Of a stretch of 64,000 nucleotides of DNA, positions 12,501-23,674 are shown piece after piece. The first letter of the stretch is position 1. Each line of letters starts with the position of its first letter. The notes under the pieces are model-generated. The model was not told the origin of the DNA, did no database searches, and saw nothing but the letters and a program-made list of their open reading frames with translations. The translations under genes and the position numbers were made by a program. This DNA is from Phoronis australis (taxonomy: Eukaryota > Animalia > Phoronida): positions 65,615 through 129,614 of the forward strand of contig NMRA01000075.1 in assembly GCA_002633005.1 (NCBI GenBank), given 5' to 3'.

Positions 12501-15500
12501 ATTTTGACACCAGTGAAAAAGTGGAATTTTACAGCTTTAAAGTACAGTACATAACGCGTGCTACTTGAAAGTTTCATGGGAATCCAATAAGCCATTTCCG
12601 ACATATCATGTTCTAAATTTAGTCATTTGGTCATTTCCCTAAGGTAACGTAACCACATTTTACAGACCCGCCAACGTTTGCTAACCTAAAACCAACAGAC
12701 ACCGTTTTGTCGTACGACGGTAGCAAGGCATTTGGGTGTAGTGGAAGGAGTCTTCAACCTCGCCCAGAGAAACGTTGGTTTGTTAATGGAATTCCGCTCA
12801 GTGTGTACGTTGTGTTGTTATAGTTAATCAATTTATTAATTGTCTGCTGCATTACGTGTGTGTAGTGTTGGTTCTGTACGAAACACTGCATTAAGCCTCG
12901 GTATACGGGGTGTGCCGCTGAGAAGAATTGACTTTTTCACCACCAGTTTCCCTTCGAAAGGGTGCGGCCTTTTCTGGCAAAATAACAATGCATGTACTAA
13001 AAGGTCTGTTTCTTGACAAAATTCCGTACGAAGGGTGCCTTTACCGTGAAATGTCGTAACAGAAGGGCTCATTTTAGAAGTTCGAAACACCATTTTTGAA
13101 CAACAAAAATCCATGTAAATATCTTCAATATTACCAATGACAAGTTGTCTCCCCTTTTACTGTTTCCGCTTCTGGATTACACTCAGCTGCCTACTCCCTA
13201 AAAAGAATTAGATTGATGGAATGAATGTAGCTTCAAAGTGGTCACTTTTCCTGGAAGCTTCACACAAATGGCTATCATTTTTCTTTAAATGGGTGGCTAT
13301 CCTTCCCGCATTCAAAAATATATGTAGTCGAGCCATCCCAGTCTTCCTGGATGCAACCATGAATTATGAGGCTTTCATTTTGGAAAAAAAGAACGACGCC
13401 GTGCTGTAAGAAAAATACAACAAAAACCCAATCGAAAACTATGATAGAATCGTTGTTTACAAGAGCTTGTCGATTATGTCTGTCTAACAACCAAAACTAG
13501 GGATTTTATAGCCAATTCTTTCAAACACACCCTTACTGTTATATTTCATCATCTATAGCTTTGGAAAGGAGTATACTGCCAGCAGCGCACCCCTGCGTCC
13601 AACATATGTGCACACGGAGCTGTGGATGACATCATCACGCGTCATCAAGCCAGTGGTAATTCAGTGCACCCTTAAGAACAAACTTGGGCTCTCGGTAGAA
13701 TCTGCCTTTGTGGGGATTTCCAGTGAGTTGACATGGCGTCACACGCCTGCTGTTTCAGTGTCGCCACGAACCTAGTTTGGTTGTACAAGCTTTTAAAAAA
13801 TGTGTGTCCGGTTGCATTAAATAGTCTTAATTTAGGGGTTTATTAGCAAAGTTCTGAAACTATTAAGGAATGTCTACGTGTTGATTTTGCTCTATTGTAG
13901 AAGCATTTCATGACAAGATCCCTCACCCAGTTGTCTGTTTTAAATCTCGAAAACATTTTGTGTACAAGAATATAGCTCAGATTCACCAAATGTTTTTACC
14001 CTTTACATTTCTTAAAACCATCGTTCACCTTGTTTTGATAAGTGGTCACATTGTCAGCACTATTTAATTTTAATGCACTGCTACAAAAAGGTTGAACCTT
14101 GTACAGCACTGCACATCAGAATGATGAATTCAATATCCCCAAAATACGAGACATTAAACAGAAGAGACCATCAAATGAAAATTTCTTAGCTCCACCGACA
14201 TGAGTGCGACTATGAACTTCCCCTGCGTCAGTGTGCCATGTCCACCAATACTCGAGTTTCTTGTACAGACTTGTGCCAAATCCGCGATTCTCTGGTGTCT
14301 TGCGTGCTTAAATACAGAGTAGGGTAACTAGTGCTGTGATTGGTAGTCCCGGTTCTACATGGTAAGCCTATGTACCGACCAATTAATGTTCGTAACTCGA
14401 GATCACCTCATTAACATATCGTCACTGCACTCCAACCACTGTTTTTACGTTGCAGACCGTGATTGCCCGGATGACGACGGTGTATCGACCATCTTCCTCA
14501 TATGCCTCCTTGCTGTGACGGGTATCAACTTGGTAGTCTTCACGATATGCCTGGTGTTATTCCTGCTAGGAAAGATACACAGGTATGCCAAAAACGATTA
14601 CACTGTGGTCCAGAGATATGAAGTTCCCAGGCCTGAAACGCCGAAAGACAATAAATGTATATGCGGAGGATGTATGACACAGAAATACATAAAAATACAT
14701 ATTTCTAATTTTAACCAGCCTATCGGAAAGTATCTAGATCTCTTAATATGCACGAGTCACTGCCTTGCACATGCGCGCACCCAGCCTTTAATATGATAAT
14801 ATGGGGGCTCAAATCTCTGACGAAGTGGACCTTTTGTTAACAAAAAACGGGAGGACTAAAAAAACGGGGTACCACCTGCAGGTCTGTGAACTGTGCGTCC
14901 GCGTTTTTTTAGTGATTTTGCCTCGTTTTCCCGCACTTTTTGTTTCTCTGAGGCGTACCTTTTTACCCACTTCGCCAAATGGTGGCCTCCCACCTCATGG
15001 GTGCGCGCATGTTGTAAATTAATTTAACATGACCTTATCAAGCTTGTGCTTTTTGACAAATATTTGCAGAAGTGTTACTTAACTCGGTAAAAATCAACAT
15101 TTTCTGAAAGTATAAAGTCTATAAAACTTAATTTTGAGTTTGGGCCAATCGGCCGTTATTTTGGTGATGTAACCATGTGTTTTTAATAAAGTTTAGAACA
15201 AAAAGGTACATTCAAAGCAAAACGACAGTATAATAACATGAGCATATTTCGATGACTTCTGAAAGACCGGGGTTACAGTAGTCTAAATTTACACTTAATT
15301 TTCTTTCGAAGCATCTTAAAGATTTTTGCTAAAAACGATGAAACTCCTTGCGCAAAATCTAAACACTTCAAACTACAATTTATAACAGCGTTTTGCAGAA
15401 CAGCGTACAAAGCATGTTTTCTGAAACTAATCCATGTGAATCCGATCAGCACCGTAATGTTCCAAGTTAAACGAAATACACTACACCTCCAACCCATATC

Positions 15501-18500
15501 GTTTAAGGTTGCGTAGGACCCTAAATTCGGAACATCATTTCCAAGAAATTGTTGATCGAATTCATATGAAATTTCCAGCTACTTATGGATTATTCACAGT
15601 TCTGAAACACGCTGTTACTACTTGTTTTTGAAATGTTAGACTTTTGCGTGAGGGGCTATCAAAACAGCACAATTGTTATTTTCATGAAAATTTTTTGAAG
15701 TTGCGTAAAACGAAAACTAAATGATGTTGTAGGTATCTGTAACATGGTTGTTTTGATATCTCACCGTGAAAATTTATATCAGATAAAATTTGATCACGTT
15801 ATTGATGTCGTTGTTTTGCTACCAACATACGGTTATTTTTTGCTAAATTTTGCTAAAACTGCAACAGCGTTTTTGAAATTTCATCTTGAACATTAATAAT
15901 AAACGAAATATGGACATGTTATAGATGCCGTTGTTGTGCTATGACGTACCGTCTTTCTTCTAATTTTTATCAGTTTTTACTAAAAACACGTCAACATGAT
16001 CCGACTAATGGCAGCTTGGTATGAAGTATAAAAATCTAATTCCTCGTGATTTTTGCTTTCAGAAAATACTACTTTCACTTGGATGAAATCTATAGGTTTG
16101 TGGTCATTTTGATGAATACACAGAGTTGTCGACTAGTCTGTGCATTCAGTCAAGTATGTCCAAAACCGTAGATTTTAACTCAGTAAAAGTACATATTTTC
16201 TCAAAGCAGAAAGGACGCCGAATTCGATTTTTGACTTTTTGCTAATCTCGCATTACTTGGACCACGTGACGATTTGTTTTCAGTAAAAGTTAGCAAAAAA
16301 GAAAGCCACGTTTTTTTTCAAACTAATAGTATCAATAAATGTACAGTTGGTTTTGTTTCGTGGCCCTACCTACTTATAATACCAAAATTTAGGCAAAACG
16401 AAACAATGTAAGAGTTTTCTGCAGTTGGCATAGCTTTTCATATTTATTATGTAATTTTTTATTGTTCATAGATGTCTCAGTTTTCACAAGCACCTGATAC
16501 AAAAAGGAAACTTCAACAATTCTTGTAGCAACATCGTTTGTGGAGTTCAGTTGTAAATAATCCGTCTTTGTCGAAAGTTTCGTTGAATCTCATCAAATTT
16601 TCCGATGTAATCCTATTTTTGCATTTTTCCAGAGTTGCTCATTATCACCAATGACCATGTAAATGAATACACCAGGTTTGCTGAATGTTCACGTTGGCGG
16701 CTATACTATTAGCGAGCCGTCAGTGTTAAGTTAATGCGGGAGATATCACTATTTGTTTAAAGTTGTATTTTTCATATTTTTGCAATGGTATAATTCCTTT
16801 TCCGTTGCCAACAAGGACATGGAAACGATCCGCAATTCAATAATTCTTCAAAATTAATTGCTGTTCACCAATCGAAAGTTGCAAACTCAGTCGAAAATGG
16901 CGCGTGTACTCATTGCTTGGTACCGGAACTAGAGCCCTGTCTGTGAGAGTGCATAGCCGAATTCGATTTTCGTCTTTAACCGGATAAACAGAGCACAATA
17001 AACTTTAACTAATCTCGGTTTTGTGTTTAAATAGGCGGAAGAAATTACGCAAGGCACTTGAGGGAACTAGCGTCCTTGACATTGGTGGAAAAAGAGGCAA
17101 AGTTCTCAAGGCTATAGAGGAATCCATGAAAAACGGTGACTATACTTGTGTTTTGACGTACATACTTACTCTTATCCGTGACCTCCAAACTGTAACGGAG
17201 ACTGATCAAAAAGTGACCAATCGCGTGGCATGCTTTTACTAAACTTACGATATTCAAGTCGTGTTATTGGTAAATTTTCGAATTCAGTCCCCATCAAAGT
17301 AGTGGGTATTTACATTTTGTCGCCTCGTTGTCAAGTGTTGCTGTTATTTCGTCTCTTGTGCGTAGATATGCTAAGTAAATCATGCGTGCACCCAGCCTAA
17401 AATGATAGGGGTGATCGTATTTTTGAGAATGTAGACTTTTTACTAAAAAGGGGATACGTTCAGAGCTATGAATTGTGCATTCACCAAATTTCTGCCTTTT
17501 TAGTGGACCTTTGGCTTGTTTTCTACTTTTTAGAACTTTTTGTTTCTCTAATCGGACTTTTAACCCAATTCGCCAATTGGGGGACTCGCTCGAGCCCCCC
17601 GAGCCCCCCACCCTGGGTGCGCGCATAGGTGACAAATGTGCGATGCTCTCTTCGGGTTGAGAAACATTATTTTGGACTACTTGAAGGCAATGTTAACAAA
17701 TATAACTGATCTCCCGAGTGTCTTTGTGCATGATGATGACAATTTGCAGACAACGTTTAATTAAAAGGCTGGAACATGTGAAAAGCCAGCTTCGCTGTAC
17801 CGTGACAGATCTTTGAAAAGAAGGCTCGAAAATGCTTGCGTTCAATTCAAAACAATTTAGTAACGGGGGTGCCGTTGAGCAGACGCGAGGGACTAGCGAA
17901 AGCCAAGCTCCCACGCAAAATATCACATGTGAAAGCGTTTCATCAGCAATCTACGCTCAGGCGCCTTCAACGTTGGTAGGTCTACCCGCGGATGACTGTC
18001 TAATCCACCACGATTCAAACTACCCAGTGCGGTGATCACTAACTCTACCACTATGGCGGTAGTCATCGTTCGGTGAAGTTTGAATGTTGAATTTTGGGGC
18101 GGAAGAGAGTCACTGTTTGTGGATGCTGGCAGTGTTGTGATCGTTACGCGACTGCCAACGATATAATTGTCGATTTGATCACACCATTGACTATATTTTT
18201 CTATAATCTATGATCACACTAAGATAACTGAGATAATGACAATGTAACTATTCAGCTTCAATTTTATGAGCGTGGTCGTTTCAGGAAAACTGAAAAAAGC
18301 AGAGGATCAAGGTAGCGCCAGTGCTTCGGGTTCTACGGCGAATAACGTGGCAAGAAGAGGGTATGTTCGATCTTCAACGGAAGTCAGCGATATGAGTAGC
18401 AGACGATATGTAGTACGTCGCAGCAATGAGTGGTTTAGTCAATTTGACGGAGGAGCTCAGCGCAACTCTTTATCATCCGACGAAGGAAGTGACATCAGCG

Positions 18501-18541
18501 CGATGAGCAGCAGACGATATCTCAGTCGACCAAAGACGTAA
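550..18541 (+). CDS. Spliced gene (5'-partial): type-I membrane protein with 4 Ig domains (contactin/L1-neuroglian-like Ig1-4), TM helix and ~120-aa cytoplasmic tail; ~617 aa inside the window
   Basis: Hand-built exons, all GT-AG with matching phases: 550-700, 2610-2827, 3153-3350, 4050-4217, 5708-5819, 6902-7119, 12666-12804, 13559-13722, 14456-14582, 17035-17135, 18285-18541(TAA). Ig1: PPRIIVSPVDTVVNETDEVVLTCRVEGNPSPVISWWKG...FYQCKAGNRQGGDVSRAARLRVNF. Ig2: SIPCYP..FWW..GSLTIASAVPED..YCTQKNPVT. Ig3: GDEYPP..FTLKFVFVGQPTP..EGTYRLC. Ig4: YPPTF..FGCSG..RWFVNGIPL..IQCTLKNKLG. TM: TIFLICLLAVTGINLVVFTICLVLFLL followed by KIHRRKKLRK. No signal-peptide exon was found, so it is presumably upstream of the window. 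The two tail exons are less certain. Confidence 0.8.
6031..6342. mobile_element. Non-autonomous DNA transposon (MITE), CAGAGGCGGAT...ATCTGCCTATG termini, 5-bp TSD
   Basis: Imperfect TIRs flanked by an exact GATTT direct repeat (6026-6030 and 6343-6347). A related element lies at 61924-62072. Confidence 0.65.
7473..9211 (-). mobile_element. 5'-truncated, degenerate non-LTR retrotransposon (LOA/Lian-like; RT C-terminus + RNase H + zinc knuckle)
   Basis: Minus-strand translations include VIRPMMSYAASVW, LQRLACLCITSAFPGTPSAALEMLIGLPPL, RNase H CYTDGSK...VFQAEITAI / IFSDSQAAIKAL...WVRAHVGIDGNE, and a degenerate zinc knuckle ILTGHCNLARHRH...PDCG...HLVESCPA. Frameshifts and stops are present. Probable 12-bp TSD: ATCTAGGCTGTC (7461-7472) / ATCTAGGTTGTC (9212-9223). 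Confidence 0.9.
7731..8069. mobile_element. PIF/Harbinger-like MITE inserted into the LINE
   Basis: TIRs are GGCCCGGTCTCTAATCTTT / AAAGATTGGAGACCGGGCC with a 3-bp TSD CAG (7728-7730, 8070-8072). Removing it restores the LINE frame PKH-LVESCP. Confidence 0.85.
10844..11194. mobile_element. Kolobok-like non-autonomous element (TTAA-flanked)
   Basis: Termini read TTAA-GGCGGCATTAA ... TTAATGCCGGCCT-TTAA. No coding capacity. Confidence 0.5.
11440..12400. repeat. Interspersed repeat, diverged relative of 15507-16375
   Basis: Shared blocks such as GGGG(A)GCTATCAAAA..TTTTCATGAAAA..GTTGC(A/G)TAAAACGAAAAC and ACAGCGTTTTTGA..TTCATCTTGAACATT. Boundaries are approximate. Confidence 0.55.
14770..15011. 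mobile_element. MITE, CATGCGCGCACCCA TIR family (copy 1)
   Basis: Perfect 14-bp TIR CATGCGCGCACCCA / TGGGTGCGCGCATG. Flanks TTGCA/TTGTA. Sibling copies at 17381 and 60479. Confidence 0.75.
15507..16375. mobile_element. Kolobok-like non-autonomous element
   Basis: Starts TTAA-GGTTGCGTAGGACCC and has a degenerate inverted end GGCCCTACCTACTT. Internal similarity to 11440-12400. Confidence 0.4.
17381..17627. mobile_element. MITE, CATGCGCGCACCCA TIR family (copy 2)
   Basis: Termini CATGCGTGCACCCAG ... CTGGGTGCGCGCATA. The internal GATACGTTCAGAGCTATG..TGCCTTTTTAGTGGAC is shared with the copy at 60479. Confidence 0.75.
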
Positions 18542-18936
18542 CGCGCGCGATCGTTATGCGCTAAAATGCAATTATCAGAATTGTGGTCTCCGTCTTTAAT
18601 ACACTCTCATTTTAGATTGTAATAGTTTTAATTGCTCGTCAGTTAATGATAAATGTGTGTAGGCGACTCTGCGGTGTTTCTTGTTACCGAAGAACAAAGC
18701 ATAGTCCTCGCGTTTAATGTGCCATCGTTTACCTGACTCGCTGGAGCGGCTCTTACAGACTGCTTCCTACGCAAGGAAGGACTGGGTAAATTTGTTTGAA
18801 GCTTTTTAATAGTTATTGATTACCCGTGACAGGCATTGTAAACAAGCAATAAATACTGTATTGGAATGATTGGGGTCTCGCGACTGTTTAACTACGAACT
18901 AGTATGACATTTTTTTACTCATTGTGATCTGCTGCG

Positions 18937-18954
18937 AATAAAAGAACATTTATT
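18937..18954. terminator. Back-to-back candidate polyadenylation signals (AATAAA on +, AATAAA on -)
   Basis: GCGAATAAAAGAACATTTATTG contains AATAAA at 18937-18942 and TTTATT at 18949-18954, about 400 nt after the Ig-receptor stop. Confidence 0.35.
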
Positions 18955-19928
18955 GTCCAACGGACTGTTGAATACTTGGACAATGAATATCTCAATTTTG
19001 TAGGTTGAAACAGGGCAAGCATTTCATTAATCTCCGGCGATATACTTGATATTTACCTATGTTTGTTACCAGGTTCAAAATGTTTGTTCGTGTGAATTTG
19101 TCGAAAATTGTCCCTCAGGTCCATAGTTTAATGGCAAATTAACTCGCAATATAAATAGCCGGGAAGTCCAAAGAGGCTGTACACATTTACAAGACGAATA
19201 CAAATGAAACTTTCCTGTTTATACAAAACCTACTCATTTGTAAAACGGCTGCTACCCCAGTTTTCGACTGCATAGAAACGTGTGCTTAGAAAACCCGGTT
19301 TTGGTAATTTCAGCCGGTCCTCGTTCCGCTGTCCCTTGCTGTGGTCGTCTTACTCAAGTGCAGTTTTCAACTAAAACACATACTGTCTGTGCCATGAAAT
19401 GGACATCACGGATCTGAGTGAATGGCCTTTCCCAACATAGTGTTGTGCAAGTTGCATGAAGCGTAGGTAACGCTTGCCTGTTAAGCAGTCCTTGCAAGGA
19501 GTTTTCAAATTGAGGGTTGATCAAAGGGTGATATTACACTATTGCGACTGGATGGGCAAGTCGTTCAATTTCTGTTAACAGGCCAAAACCGGGTTTGGTG
19601 TCCTCTGGAAGAAATACTGATTCGATCGAACCCTCCCCCCCTCCCCGGCGGAAAAGGTCTACCCCAGTCCATCCGTTGAAGATAAGATATAGATGGACAA
19701 TAACAACAACAAAATTGTTGCAGATACTGGTATTACTAACTACAATAATAACTAAGTTAGCAGAACACTTGAATTTGCTTCTGATTTAAAGCGCTTCACG
19801 TAATCGTAGGGCCGTACGATACCCAACTTCGCCCGAGTGGTGTTTGCGCAGATGACAGGACCGTGCAGACGATTAAAGGTGACTTTACGTCATTCATTGG
19901 CATTGAACGTTCGTGATTGCTACACCAT

Positions 19929-20461
19929 TATCGTTTGCCAATTGGGTGAACGTTACGCCGTTAAATTACGTGCGTAAGTTAACTCTTGTTAGAGGCGTAA
20001 AGTTATTATTTGCGGCGTAAAGTAATTATTTTTGGTATAAAGTAATTATTTACGGAGTACTTAGTAACTATTTACGGCGTAAAGTAATTATTTTTGGTAT
20101 AAAGTAATTATTTACGGAGTACTAAGTAACTATTTACGGCGTAAAGTAATTATTTGGGGTGTAAAGTAATTATACGACGTAATGTGTTTATTTGCGGCGC
20201 TAACTTACTTTACGCAGCAAATATTCATTTTACGCTGTCAAGTTACCTTACGCCTCAAAGAAATACGTTATGCCACAAATAGTTACTTAATACTCCGTAA
20301 ATAATTACTTTACGCCACAAAAAAATTTTACGCTGCAAATAATTACTTTACGGAGTAAATAATTACTTTACGCAGCAAATACTTACTTTACGCCTCTAAC
20401 AAGAATTATCTTACGCACGTAATTTAACGGCGTAAGTCAGTCTCCCATTTGGCCAGCCATA
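19929..20461. mobile_element. Foldback element with long inverted arms built of ~21-bp subrepeats
   Basis: TTACGCCGTTAAATTACGTGCGTAAG..CTTGTTAGAGGCGTAAAG is mirrored by CTTTACGCCTCTAACAAG..CTTACGCACGTAATTTAACGGCGTAA. Internal tandem TTTACGGCGTAAAGTAATTA units switch orientation at the centre. Confidence 0.8.
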
Positions 20462-21329
20462 GGGTAACAAGGGAGACTAGAAGTAAATGTCTATAACTAG
20501 CTAAGTTATAAAGCAGCGAAAGGGCTCCCAAAAGGTAGTGTGGTGTGAATGCCTCCGGCCAAGAAATAAAACATCACACAATATGTTTCTTATTCTGCTA
20601 TGGTGCAGGCATTTTCAAATTGAAGGTGATCGTTAAATGATTGATGTTCATCCGGTGTCCACTTTGTGGATTGGTGGATTGTCATACTTTCGCATGTACA
20701 CGTATGTGCGTTTCCATTCTTTTAAATCCAGCACATGCCGACGGTAAGTTCATTATAAGCAATCCTCCGTCGTTGCTCAAACAAAACCCAGACATTTAAC
20801 TAACGTGTGTTCTTACACTGAGAAATCCCCGACGAGCATGTTCACAGTATTAGGGAACAGTAGGTCAAGACCTAATAAAAACTTTGGTCAACTCTGTAGG
20901 AAAAATTCGAAATTGGCGAATTACTGGCAGATTAGTATCAAGTCAAAAATCAAAATGTTACGTTCACCAAGTTGAATTCTATAGTTTTGCAGATATTGAG
21001 CTAAAAACACATCCACAAGGTTCTTCTAGTAATGATAAGACTATGTAACCTAAAAGTTATAAGGGACAAGGGCTGCTCCAGTAAAAATGGTATGGGAGGG
21101 GGGAACTGGGCACTTTCATTTTTTACCCACAGTCCATATTGTAATTAGGTTGAAATGCAACAGTGCTTGAATTATACATAGTCATGTACGTGATAGGTTT
21201 TATTCTCTTTAGATCGATGTTTTTGGTCTTCAGTGTTTCGTTAGCCGGCAACAGTCCAGCAGACACCACATCAGTTCCCTCTCAAGCAAGGGCTTTCCAG
21301 AGCATAGCGAGCGGTTTCAAGATTATCGA

Positions 21330-21750
21330 CGGACATCTGAGGCCCTCATTGAATGACTTGAGGAGTCGAAAACTAACAGGGGGTGCCACAATAGTTGAAT
21401 CCGTCCAAAAATCGACTGGTGCTGGCGCATTCTCGCCATTTACCTGTGTATCGAATTTCATCGCAATCCGCCAAGCAGTTTTTCAGATAATCGACGCACA
21501 AGGAATGGCCTGTCGAAAACTAAAACGGCCAACAGGCGCACTACGGTAGCCAAATCCGTCCGAAAATCAAGCGGTATTGGCGCATACTTACAAAGTACCT
21601 CTGTTCCAAATTTCATCATGATCCGTCAAGCGGTCCCTGAAATAAATTGACGGACAAGAAATGGTAACGACTGGCGGACCGACCGACGGACGGACCGACG
21701 TACGGGATGTCGACTATATGCGACTGCACAACACATCGGTGAGCAATACT
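21330..21750 (-). mobile_element. Helentron/DINE-1-like (HINE) non-autonomous element, diverged
   Basis: ~140-bp subunits containing (CCA)AATTTCATC..ATCCG, followed by a GGAC/CGAC microsatellite. Same layout as 22830-23225. Confidence 0.5.
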
Positions 21751-22829
21751 TTAGACAGCCACAAGGTGTCTCCGTAATTTCAGTTAGGTTTCCAATATCA
21801 TGAACCTACGAATCTGCGTTTCCACGAATATCTTTAGCCGGGTTGCAACGACAAGTGCTGGTCTATTTGACTCCTTGTACTCTTTATTAAACAATTCATC
21901 AGATTTTCTTAGATGTGTTAACACAAGTTTAGTGTTGCAGTAATTTTCATTCTACTATATTGTATAACATGTGCCCATAATTCCCCACGACTTGAATAAT
22001 GGCATTGTGTACACATTGCACACCGTACACTAGTTGTTATTTTGGATATTTTTGGTTATCTGCCAAGAAAAATTTTGGTGTGTTCTGAAGTTACTGTTTT
22101 TCAGAGGGTATTGAGGTGGCGATTGGCTGAAAATATCCACAGACAAAAACACCAACAACCTTTAACATTTTACTTCTTTCAAGAATAACCACCCATAATT
22201 TAAATGTCCTTCAGAGGACAACCAACCATTAATTTTTATTTCAACTGCAGCTCCCTGCCCCTTCAGTCCCCCATGGATTTGGCTGGAACAGTCCTAGGGC
22301 GAAGCAGAAAATCAGAGGGCTGTGATATAACCTACGACCTTTATTTCAACAACACACTTTCAAAGGCAGACAATATTGTAACAGCTAGACTGTTCTTGAT
22401 GGCCTTGCCTAGAATTTTAACAGAATCCTCCTCAAGAAATGGTACTACCTTCATATTTATTCTACCGTTCAGCGAAAACTTTCAAGTCTCACCAGTGAAA
22501 CAACAAATCCGCATGCTGCACTACAAAAAACTATATTCATACATGTTGTACATATCCATAAAAATCAAGAAACTGAACATCAATTTATTCATGATACATC
22601 ATTCCCTTCACATTGACAATCAGGCTCTGTTAGTTTAAAAAGAATGTGAGAAGCCACTTCTAATATCTTTAGCAACAAATTAAAAATAGTTACAATGATT
22701 AAATAGAAACACCAATCACAGCTTCTCCAAACCTAATAATTCACGCACACAGTACAACAAGACACAACAAATCTTAAATGCCGTCTATATACATAATTTG
22801 CACAGTATAATTCATCTGATCATATNTCG

Positions 22830-23225
22830 AAAACAGTAAAAATGGCCACTAGGTGGCGCAAACTATGTCGAATCCATCCGAAAACGGCAGGATAGCGTCA
22901 TCTCACTACTAGGTGCCTACATACCAAATTTCATGAAAATCCGTTCAGGACTTTTGAAGATACAAAGGTAAGCGTAAAAAACTAAAATTGCCACTAGGGG
23001 GCACACCGGTAGTCGGATCCGTCCGAAAGTTCGCACATGCCGTCCCATTCATAAATGGAACATATGTGCCAAATTTCATGAACGTATGTCAAAGGGTTTT
23101 GGAGATAGAGCAGCGGACGCCGGACGCCGGACGGACGCCGCCCGGACGGACGGACGGACGGACGGACGGACGGACAGAGATGACGGCATAATGCGTCCAC
23201 ATATAAATATGTGGGCGCATAAAAA
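22830..23225 (-). mobile_element. Helentron/DINE-1-like (HINE) non-autonomous element
   Basis: Tandem ~145-bp units (GCCACTAGG.GGC.CA..CCAAATTTCATGAA), a (GGAC)n microsatellite, and a terminal palindrome ATGCGTCCACATATAAATATGTGGGCGCAT followed by AAAAA. The same end occurs at ~45000, ~45320 and ~56190. Confidence 0.7.
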
Positions 23226-23674
23226 TGTATTTGCATGCTAATGTATCTAGGGAACTAAACGACAATGCTATTTGAACATCACCTATGCTAAACAAAGTGC
23301 ACTTGTATTCATTGACAACCTGTAAATGTGAAAACAAAAAATTCTGAAAGTAAGTGACACTAATGACGTGCCTAGGGGGCTCACATAACCCGTATCATGA
23401 CATGCGAGTTTTTAAAATTGTGACAAAATGTGAGTTTACGTAATTCATGGATATAGCCCAAGGTTGACAGTTACACCTGAACAAAGAAAGTTAAAACATC
23501 TTATTCAGGCACCCCTATATCAATATCACGGTCTATATTAATGTAAGGGCTCCGTTCTTGGGGCAGAGCACCCTATATTAAATGGCGTCTCAACTGTGAG
23601 GCCAAAAATGAATTTCTGCTGTCATTTTAATAAGAAGAAGTCGTTAAAAACAATAAACTGTTTGAAGTACTTAC

